The notes under the pieces were generated by a model. That model saw only the letters and a program-made list of their open reading frames with translations. It had not been told where the DNA came from and searched no databases. The translations under genes were made by a program, and so were the position numbers. A stretch of DNA of 64,000 nucleotides from Eubacteriales bacterium (GTDB lineage Bacteria > Bacillota > Clostridia > Oscillospirales > CAG-272): positions 11,034 through 75,033 of the forward strand of contig JAZQJQ010000138.1 in assembly GCA_045541735.1 (NCBI GenBank). Direction: 5' to 3'. Each line of letters opens with the position of its first letter. Positions within the stretch are counted from its first letter, which is position 1. Below are positions 57,009 to 64,000 of this stretch, one piece after another.

Positions 57009-57021
57009 GCTAAAATATAAA

Positions 57022-58053
57022 TCAAAATAGGGATTCAAACGCACTGATATCGACAGAGAAAACCATATCGGAATCGGGCAGAAGCATATAGCAATCTGTC
57101 TTTGTTTCACTGTTTTGCACTGTTGCAAACGTAATAACGTACTGCATAGGAGTTTGAACTTTACCTGCGGAGGAATTCTCGGTAGATATTTCAAGCTCCT
57201 CGGTATAATGGACAGTGAGCTTTATCGGCTTATCCAAACCGTATACGGCACGTTCCGCTTCTTCAAGATGATAATCGGGGCAGGAGAGTACGATGGGATT
57301 GAGGACTCCGTCAACTATCTCATCTCCGGTCTCGGCATCAAGCTCAACAGCAGAACCTGCCTCATTTGTCAGAACGTAATAAGTTTCCTCTTTTTCTTCA
57401 GCGGTTCCGTCCTCATTTGTAACGGTAACGATGCGGGATAGCTTTTCAAGAGTTACCGTTCCCCGTACGGACTCTGTTACTATCTTATTCACCTTGCTTG
57501 CATCGATATCCTCTATCTCATCAAGCGCAAGAAGATCGGTATATACATCGCTGCAGTAATCAAGGATCGCCTTATTAACGCTGTAAACGGCAGTACTTCC
57601 CTTCAACGAAAGATAATACTCGGAGGTGTGCTTATTCTGCAGACCAATATAGTACTCAACGGTACTGCCGTCGGTATATTTCATAGTAATACGGTATGAG
57701 GGAGCATCGAGTCCGTATTCTGTGCTGGTATTTCCGTCTGCGGTGATCATGCGGTTGCACGCAACGGTAGTAAGCGCGGATGCAATCGAAGCTACCCTTG
57801 CCTGGTCGAGAGGCATATATTCATCAGCGGGATTTATCCATTTACCGCTCTTGTACTCAAACGAAACGGTCTCGCCCTTTGCTTCGTACTCCATAAAGGA
57901 AAGCATTGCGGGATCGGTCTCAACAACAAATATATAAGAGGTAGTATTCTCGGGTTCTTCGACAGTGTCGGACATACCTCGCACACCGAACCAAGCTGCT
58001 ATCAAAACCCCGAGCACGGCAACTGCAAGAAGTAATTTAATACCCTTGTTCAA
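57022..58053 (-). CDS. DUF4340-domain protein (membrane-anchored)
   Basis: N-terminal TM helix and position downstream of a GldG-like gene, the usual arrangement. Confidence 0.65.
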   Translation of the reverse strand: MNKGIKLLLAVAVLGVLIAAWFGVRGMSDTVEEPENTTSYIFVVETDPAMLSFMEYEAKGETVSFEYKSGKWINPADEYMPLDQARVASIASALTTVACNRMITADGNTSTEYGLDAPSYRITMKYTDGSTVEYYIGLQNKHTSEYYLSLKGSTAVYSVNKAILDYCSDVYTDLLALDEIEDIDASKVNKIVTESVRGTVTLEKLSRIVTVTNEDGTAEEKEETYYVLTNEAGSAVELDAETGDEIVDGVLNPIVLSCPDYHLEEAERAVYGLDKPIKLTVHYTEELEISTENSSAGKVQTPMQYVITFATVQNSETKTDCYMLLPDSDMVFSVDISAFESLF

Positions 58054-59553
58054 TTACCTCGACCTCCTTCTGTACCAAACGGCAAATCCGCCGCCCACAA
58101 CAGCGAGAGGAATTACCGCACAAACGATGATAAGCCATGTATTTGCAGCCTTTTCGGTTATGACAAGCGGCTGGACGGAAAGCGAAATGGTTCTGATAGA
58201 AACGGAGTTGGTCTTTTCGGCACACCAGCCGAGAGAATTAAGGAAGAGGTCGGTATTTCCTCCGCTTACCATGCTGTCTGCTTGGGCATTCAAAAACTCA
58301 TCCGAAGCAAACCAAACCGCCTTTCCGTTACCGATAGCAACTGCGGCTGCGGGAATGAACTGACCAAGCGTATCACCTTCCTCGTAGCTGATCTTGGTGG
58401 CATTTGGGTCGGCCTTACCCACCGCATCAGTACTCGTCAAGAGGATGGGTGTAACGCTGTCAACTCCCTCGGGTAATGTTTCCGCCTTTACCATCGCATG
58501 GCTGAGCGCCATCAAAACACGCTTGCCTCCCTCGGCAATGGGGTCGGTTATCTCGTGGCTCTGAAGCGCGGGAAGCAGATAATACGTTGCCTGCGTATAA
58601 TATCCGCGAGAGCCCTCGACGACCAGTCCGCCGCACACGTCAAGTCCAAGCTCTGACGCAAGCTTAACGAAATTGGTAAGATTTCCTATTTTGTATCCGG
58701 CACAAACGACCACGTTACCGCCTTCGCGGGCAAAGCTCAGGATCGCTTCAAGCTCGGCATCGGAAATATCGGATGTGGGACCGCTGATGAGTATGATGTC
58801 TGCGTCCTCGGGAACGGAAACGCTTCCCTGCACGATCTCGGAAACCAATTCGTCACCAAGATTGCCGGAAGAAGATTCAATAAGGCTAAGAGTATCATAC
58901 TCAAAGTTTTCGTCAGCAATATAACCGAGATAAGTTTCCGAAAGTGCGGTTTCGCCATGACCGGTAAGCGCATACAGCTTCGGAATATCCGTAGCAATAA
59001 CGTAGTCGATAGCGGAGGTAACGGCATTTTCGCCGGCAAAAACGGTCTCGCCCTGCGGCATAACGCCGTAGTAATAGTAGTTGTAGTATTCTTCCTCCGT
59101 GTAAGTGGTATAGACTATTTCTCCGTAAGGAACGACCTTTACGCGCTTATCGCTGACAACGATAAGGCTGTTATCCTCAAGCGCGTCATCGGTGTACTGA
59201 GCAATAAAATTGGGGGAAACGGCAGGGTCTACGGTCTTGATCTTTATTTTGGAGTTTGAGGAAGAATATCTTGAAAGAAGCTCGGTAAGATATTCAAGCT
59301 CATAGCCGCTCTGGGCAACGTGATAAACAGTCACTTCTTCGTTTACAGAATTGATTATCTCCTCAGACTGAGTATCAAGAGTGAAGAACTTTTTTGAAGA
59401 AGTATCAAGCTTGATAAACTCGGACGGCAGAGAATTTACGATAAGATTGATGAATATAAGCGCGGCAAGCACTACCGCAGTCATCACAACGCTGTAGCCT
59501 CCTGCCTTCAAAGCTTTTGCGGAGGCTGTATTTTTATTCTTTACATCTTTCAT
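58054..59553 (-). CDS. GldG-like ABC-transport auxiliary protein
   Basis: N- and C-terminal TM helices flanking a large extracytoplasmic domain. Abuts the DUF4340 gene (stop and start adjacent). Confidence 0.7.
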   Translation of the reverse strand: MKDVKNKNTASAKALKAGGYSVVMTAVVLAALIFINLIVNSLPSEFIKLDTSSKKFFTLDTQSEEIINSVNEEVTVYHVAQSGYELEYLTELLSRYSSSNSKIKIKTVDPAVSPNFIAQYTDDALEDNSLIVVSDKRVKVVPYGEIVYTTYTEEEYYNYYYYGVMPQGETVFAGENAVTSAIDYVIATDIPKLYALTGHGETALSETYLGYIADENFEYDTLSLIESSSGNLGDELVSEIVQGSVSVPEDADIILISGPTSDISDAELEAILSFAREGGNVVVCAGYKIGNLTNFVKLASELGLDVCGGLVVEGSRGYYTQATYYLLPALQSHEITDPIAEGGKRVLMALSHAMVKAETLPEGVDSVTPILLTSTDAVGKADPNATKISYEEGDTLGQFIPAAAVAIGNGKAVWFASDEFLNAQADSMVSGGNTDLFLNSLGWCAEKTNSVSIRTISLSVQPLVITEKAANTWLIIVCAVIPLAVVGGGFAVWYRRRSR

Positions 59554-59567
59554 TTCACTTAACCTCC

Positions 59568-60431
59568 TCAGCTGTATCTCTTCTTTTCCACGGACTGAAC
59601 ACAGAGGAAAAGACAGAACACGATAACGGACAGATAGTATACAACTGCACTCAGATCAAACATTCCCGTTGCAAAAAGATAGAATCTGTCGAACACCGAA
59701 AGCTTGTCAAGCACCTTTGCAAAAAGACCTGCAAAGCTTTCCTTAAAGTTAAAATAGCAGAACAAAACGACCGCTTCAAGAACTATACCGGCAGTGGCGC
59801 CTACCCAGATATCCTTTGTCATCACCCATACGATTACGCCCGCAAGGACACAGCAAACGGAGAATGCGGCAAGTGTACCTTCTGCCGTTGCGGGAATAAG
59901 GCCGGAAATAGCGCTCATAAGGTAAATTGCAAGCATAGCACCGAAGGTAAGCACAGCGGCGATCACCTGGCTTTCGGTTACGGAGGAAATAAACATACCG
60001 ATCGCAAGAAGAGCGGCACCCATAAGAATAAATCCTACTATGGTGCTGTAAGCAGACACAAGGGACACCTCGCCGTACATAGACAGAATGATGGGATAGA
60101 AGCTCATTATTGCAACTGGTATAAGAAACACCGTAAGCAGAGCAAAGTATTTACCGAGAACAACGGAGCTTACTTTAAGCGGGAGCGAGTAAAGAAGCTG
60201 ATCGGTGCGCTGATGCCTTTCCTCGGCAAGTATCTTCATCGTAAGCACGGGAACTATCAGAAGAAATATAAAACCGGTCTCCGAAAGAGCGCTCTCAAAG
60301 GAGGGATACAGTCCCTTAAAGTTATAAAGACTTGACAAAATGCCGGTAATGAGCAGCAAAAAGCCTGCAAACACCGCGCCCTGCATATTGCAAAAATACG
60401 AGCGCAGTTCCTTTCTGTACACAGAACTCAT
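59568..60431 (-). CDS. ABC-2 type transporter permease
   Basis: 287 aa with 6 predicted TM helices, adjacent to the ATPase. Confidence 0.75.
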   Translation of the reverse strand: MSSVYRKELRSYFCNMQGAVFAGFLLLITGILSSLYNFKGLYPSFESALSETGFIFLLIVPVLTMKILAEERHQRTDQLLYSLPLKVSSVVLGKYFALLTVFLIPVAIMSFYPIILSMYGEVSLVSAYSTIVGFILMGAALLAIGMFISSVTESQVIAAVLTFGAMLAIYLMSAISGLIPATAEGTLAAFSVCCVLAGVIVWVMTKDIWVGATAGIVLEAVVLFCYFNFKESFAGLFAKVLDKLSVFDRFYLFATGMFDLSAVVYYLSVIVFCLFLCVQSVEKKRYS

Positions 60432-60445
60432 TTTTATCTCTCCTT

Positions 60446-61504
60446 TCAGCCGAACAGGGGTTTGTAATCGTCCCCGCCGTCATCTTTATCTTCGGCATCT
60501 TCTTCCGCGGTATCAAGCGCCTTGCCTTCATCACCGTAAGCAACTTCCTGTTCTTCGCTATCTTCGATACCGTTACCATCGGTAAGCGAAAGGAATATAT
60601 CCTCAAGCGTTTTTTCGTGCGGTATCATTGCAAGCAGAGTCACACCGGACTTACATACCTGAGAGTAGACCGCGCTTCTTATATCGTTTGCACGCAGATA
60701 GCGGAGCATGATACGGCATACACCGTCATCATCCACGGAGGTATCGCAATCCTCCGCAAGTCCCTTCAGGTTTTCCGCAAGTGCTTTCATCTCCTTTTCC
60801 GTGCACTTCAGCTGAAGCTCAAGTACACCGTCGGAGGTGTATTTTTCCTCAAGGTCGGATAGCTTATCGTTTGCAACTATCTTTCCGTGGCTTATTATGA
60901 TAACGTGGTCGCAGACCTCGCTTATCTCCGTAAGTATATGGCTTGAAAGAATAACGGTATGCTTTTTGCCGAGAGAGCGGATAAGTTCGCGTATCTCGAT
61001 TATCTGAATGGGGTCAAGGCCTACCGTCGGCTCGTCGAGAATAATTATCTCAGGATCTCCGAGCATGGCCTGAGCTATACCAACCCTCTGCTTATAACCC
61101 TTGGAAAGATTCTTAATAAGCCTGCCACGCACATTGGCGATATCGGTAAGCTCCATTACCTCTTCGATCTGTTCGGCAAGCTCCGGACCGCGCAGTCCCT
61201 TTGCTCTTCCGACGAAATCGAGATATTCTGCGGGAGTCATATCCGTATAGAGCGGAGGGATCTCCGGAAGATATCCGATGCAACTTTTAGCCTCTATAGG
61301 TTCGGCATAGATATCGTGGCCGTTAATGGTAACGCTGCCGGATGTAGAAGCAAGCGTGCCGCAGATTATGTTCATAGTGGTGGATTTGCCTGCGCCGTTT
61401 GGTCCGAGAAAACCGTATATCTTTCCGGATTCAACGGTAAAGCTTATGCCGCGCACGGCCTTGTGGCCGCCGTAGCTTTTTACAAGATCTTTTACCTCGA
61501 TCAA
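60446..61504 (-). CDS. ABC transporter ATP-binding protein with acidic C-terminal extension
   Basis: GPNGAGKST, LSKGYKQRVGIA, IIILDEPTVGLD. Asp/Glu-rich tail. Confidence 0.85.
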   Translation of the reverse strand: MIEVKDLVKSYGGHKAVRGISFTVESGKIYGFLGPNGAGKSTTMNIICGTLASTSGSVTINGHDIYAEPIEAKSCIGYLPEIPPLYTDMTPAEYLDFVGRAKGLRGPELAEQIEEVMELTDIANVRGRLIKNLSKGYKQRVGIAQAMLGDPEIIILDEPTVGLDPIQIIEIRELIRSLGKKHTVILSSHILTEISEVCDHVIIISHGKIVANDKLSDLEEKYTSDGVLELQLKCTEKEMKALAENLKGLAEDCDTSVDDDGVCRIMLRYLRANDIRSAVYSQVCKSGVTLLAMIPHEKTLEDIFLSLTDGNGIEDSEEQEVAYGDEGKALDTAEEDAEDKDDGGDDYKPLFG

Positions 61505-61671
61505 AGAAAAGCACCCCTTTTACTGATTTTTTATAAATGCTAATGCATCAATGTGACGGTTGAATGATACGTTCCGTAAAAGAATACTACAAAATTATGA
61601 ACAAATTATGAACAAATCTCAAAAACAAGTATTTATTTTGCAAGTAAGGTTTCATTTTCAAGAGCTACAAC

Positions 61672-61700
61672 TTGACAAAGAGCGTAAGTAATGGTAAAAT
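61672..61700 (+). promoter_or_regulatory. Sigma-A promoter of hisS
   Basis: TTGACA (61672-61677) - 17 nt - TAAAAT (61695-61700). Confidence 0.55.
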
Positions 61701-61736
61701 GTGCTTTATCAGATGATGTATATTCAGAGGTAAATT

Positions 61737-62996
61737 ATGATCCAGAAGATGCGCGGTACCCTCGACGTTATGCCGGAGGAGACCCCAATATTCAACTATA
61801 TCGAATCCGTTGCCCGCAGAGTATGCGAGCGTTACGGATATAAAGAGATCCGCACCCCGACATTTGAGGCGACAGAGCTCTTTGCGCGCGGTGTAGGTTC
61901 CACGTCCGACGTTGTCCAAAAGGAGATGTACACCTTTGAGGACAGAGAGGGACGCTCCCTCACCCTGCGCCCCGAGGGAACTGCCGGCGTAGCCCGTGCA
62001 ATGATAGAACACGGCAGATGCGGCGGAGTTCTCCCCGAAAAGCTTTTCTATTTCATCAACTGTTTCCGCTACGAGGCGCCTCAGGCAGGCAGAAGCAGAG
62101 AGTTCTTCCAGTTCGGTACAGAGATGTTCGGCGCCGCAGGACCTCACGCCGACGCCACCGTTATCGCACTTGCACACGACGTTATTAAGGAGCTCGGCAT
62201 CGAAGCAGAGCTTCACATAAACTCGATCGGCTGTCCTAACTGCCGCCCCTCGCACAGAGATGCGCTCAAAGCATACTTTGCGGATTATGAGGACAAACTC
62301 TGCGACACCTGCAAGGGCAGACTCAAGTCCAACCCTATGCGCGTGCTTGACTGCAAGAGCCCCATATGCGGCGAGATAGCAAACGGTGCGCCCCGCACGC
62401 TGGATTATCTGTGCAAGGAGTGCGACGAACACTTCAAGACCCTTACCGCAGACCTTGATGCAATGGGTATAAAGTACAAGATTGACCCCCGCCTTGTGCG
62501 CGGACTTGATTACTACACGAAGACGGTGTTCGAGTTCATTTGCCCGGGTATAGGTGCTCAGTCCACCGTTTGCGGCGGCGGAAGATACGACGGACTTATT
62601 TCCGAGCTTGGCGGTCCTCAGCTTCCCGCGGCAGGCTTTGCCATGGGCATTACCCGACTCGTGCTCGCGCTTGAGCAGTGCGGCGCGAAGATCCCCGAAC
62701 AGGAAAAGCCTGTACTCTATATCGCACCCCTCGGTGCAGATGCCGCAAAGCACGCGGTTACCCTTACACATGGGCTTCGCAAGCTCGGTGTTTTCGCAGA
62801 ATGCGATATAATGGGACGAAGCCTCAAGAGCCAGATGAAGTACGCGGACAAGCTGGGTGCCAAGAATACTCTTATCATAGGGTCCGGTGAGCTTGAAAGC
62901 GGCAAAGCAAATCTCCGCAATATGGAAAACGGAGAACAGCGCGAAGTATCCTTTGCTTCCGCAGAGCAGCTTGCAAAAGAACTCGGCATACTTTAA
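61737..62996 (+). CDS. hisS: Histidine--tRNA ligase
   Basis: RGTLDVMPEE, LRPEGTAGVARA, FRYEAPQAGRSREFFQFG, GGGRYDGL. Confidence 0.9.
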   Translation: MIQKMRGTLDVMPEETPIFNYIESVARRVCERYGYKEIRTPTFEATELFARGVGSTSDVVQKEMYTFEDREGRSLTLRPEGTAGVARAMIEHGRCGGVLPEKLFYFINCFRYEAPQAGRSREFFQFGTEMFGAAGPHADATVIALAHDVIKELGIEAELHINSIGCPNCRPSHRDALKAYFADYEDKLCDTCKGRLKSNPMRVLDCKSPICGEIANGAPRTLDYLCKECDEHFKTLTADLDAMGIKYKIDPRLVRGLDYYTKTVFEFICPGIGAQSTVCGGGRYDGLISELGGPQLPAAGFAMGITRLVLALEQCGAKIPEQEKPVLYIAPLGADAAKHAVTLTHGLRKLGVFAECDIMGRSLKSQMKYADKLGAKNTLIIGSGELESGKANLRNMENGEQREVSFASAEQLAKELGIL

Positions 62997-63003
62997 AATA
63001 ATG

Positions 63004-63030
63004 GAACGGGGGAGGCATCCCCCGTTCTTT
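63004..63030 (+). terminator. Terminator hairpin after hisS
   Basis: gaacggggga / tcccccgttc with 4-nt loop, then TTT. Confidence 0.55.
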
Positions 63031-63042
63031 ACGGAGGAAACA

Positions 63043-64000
63043 ATGGAAAGGTCAAAGGTATATTTTACCGATATGAGAACAGCCATCGGCGACGGACTCC
63101 CCTCCAAGCTGAAAAGGCTGATAAAGGCGGCGGGGATCGGGAATATCGATATGGACGGCAAGTTCGTTGCGATAAAGATGCATTTCGGCGAGCTTGGCAA
63201 CATCAGCTTTCTGCGCCCCAATTACGCAAAAGCAGTTGCGGATACCGTAAAGGAATTCGGCGGCAAGCCTTTTCTCACAGACTGCAACACTATGTATCCC
63301 GGAAGCAGAAAGAATGCCCTCGAGCATCTTGAATGTGCTTGGGAAAACGGATTCTCTCCCCTATCCACCGGCTGTCCTATAATTATCGGAGACGGTCTCA
63401 AGGGTACGGACGACGTGCTTGTGCCCGTTAACGGAGGCGAGTACGTAAAGCAAGCAAAGATAGGCAGAGCAATTATGGATGCCGACGTTTTCATCAGTCT
63501 TTCCCACTTTAAGGGACATGAGATGACAGGCTTCGGCGGTGCGGTAAAAAATATCGGTATGGGTTGCGGTTCCCGCGCCGGCAAGACCGAACAGCACTCA
63601 GACGGAAAACCCGTGATTTATGAAGAAAAGTGCAGAGGCTGTAGGCGCTGCATGCGCGAATGCGCAAACAACGGGCTGGTCTTCGATAACGAAACGAAGA
63701 AAATGCACGTGAACTACGATGGATGTGTAGGATGCGGAAGATGTCTCGGAGCATGCGCATTCGATGCTATCGATTTTGCCTGCGATACCGCCGCAGCAGA
63801 TCTTAACCGCAAGATGGCAGAATATGCAAAAGCCGTCGTTGACGGCAGACCCGCATTTCATATTTCTCTCGTTATCGAGATTTCCCCTAACTGCGACTGT
63901 CATTCTGAAAACGATGCTCCCATCCTGCCGAACGTTGGTATGTTTGCATCCTTTGACCCCATTGCGCTCGACCGTGCGTGCGTTGACGCCTGCTTAAAGC
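63043..64000 (+). CDS. DUF362-domain protein with inserted 2x[4Fe-4S] ferredoxin domain (3' end beyond the window)
   Basis: Manual translation from ATG 63043 (SD ggaggaaa): MERSKVYFTDMR...IKMHFGELGN...FLTDCNTMYPGSR...CRGCRRCMRECA...CVGCGRCLGACA...NCDCH. No stop before 64000, so it is absent from the ORF track. Confidence 0.8.
   Translation, partial: MERSKVYFTDMRTAIGDGLPSKLKRLIKAAGIGNIDMDGKFVAIKMHFGELGNISFLRPNYAKAVADTVKEFGGKPFLTDCNTMYPGSRKNALEHLECAWENGFSPLSTGCPIIIGDGLKGTDDVLVPVNGGEYVKQAKIGRAIMDADVFISLSHFKGHEMTGFGGAVKNIGMGCGSRAGKTEQHSDGKPVIYEEKCRGCRRCMRECANNGLVFDNETKKMHVNYDGCVGCGRCLGACAFDAIDFACDTAAADLNRKMAEYAKAVVDGRPAFHISLVIEISPNCDCHSENDAPILPNVGMFASFDPIALDRACVDACLK

Noticed and set aside
61505-61736. 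His T-box upstream of hisS.
   Set aside because: No T-box motif or terminator/antiterminator pair. Only a promoter and an 11-nt direct repeat (attatgaacaa twice, about 61594-61615) are present.
61665-63221. 518-aa ORF antisense to, and completely covering, hisS. It is tempting in light of the sense/antisense aminoacyl-tRNA-synthetase ancestry hypothesis.
   Set aside because: No HIGH or KMSKS motif, or any other recognisable motif. The composition is Cys/Arg/Leu-rich, typical of shadow frames. The sense strand encodes an unmistakable HisRS. The long open frame is explained by the host avoiding TTA, CTA and TCA codons, whose complements are stops.

Overview
The window looks like a chromosomal segment of an anaerobic Firmicute, probably class Clostridia. 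This rests on a T-box leader, 2-oxoacid:ferredoxin oxidoreductase genes, CotH and BspA-type LRR surface proteins, and Gram-positive Shine-Dalgarno sites and sigma-A-like promoters. About 55 protein genes are densely packed. I found one tRNA-Pro(GGG) and one T-box riboswitch. I found no rRNA genes, CRISPR arrays, integrases or transposases. Housekeeping genes recognised with confidence are tdk, aroK, metY, metA, ilvE, hisS, pepT, gpmI and hslO, plus a four-subunit 2-oxoacid:ferredoxin oxidoreductase and an ABC/GldG/DUF4340 cluster. Two CDSs run off the window edges and are therefore missing from the ORF track: an AraC/GyrI-like regulator at 1-686 (-) and a DUF362/4Fe-4S protein at 63043-64000 (+). 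The candidates I rank highest, in order of interest: (1) 754-3339, a single ORF fusing an EF-G/TetM-type translational GTPase to a Rae1/YacP-type NYN ribonuclease. (2) 18854-23050, a Leu (CUC) T-box controlling a catalytically degenerate isopropylmalate-synthase paralog that keeps the LeuA regulatory domain, tightly coupled to a TIM-barrel::acyl-CoA ligase fusion. (3) 27991-33478, next to tRNA-Pro, an operon of a fragment-like polyvalent protein (nuclease-like / ART-like / nuclease-like modules joined by a thrice-repeated linker), an esterase::condensation-like acyltransferase fusion and a zinc-ribbon multi-pass membrane protein. (4) 9924-18700, a CotH kinase translationally coupled to a 2448-aa surface protein with LRR arrays and 117-bp His/Cys tandem repeats. 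(5) 35213-43979, an operon joining met genes, ilvE, an oxidoreductase and an AMP-forming acyl-CoA synthetase, consistent with making branched-chain amino acids from branched-chain fatty acids. All family assignments come from reading motifs by eye. No database search or computation was possible.
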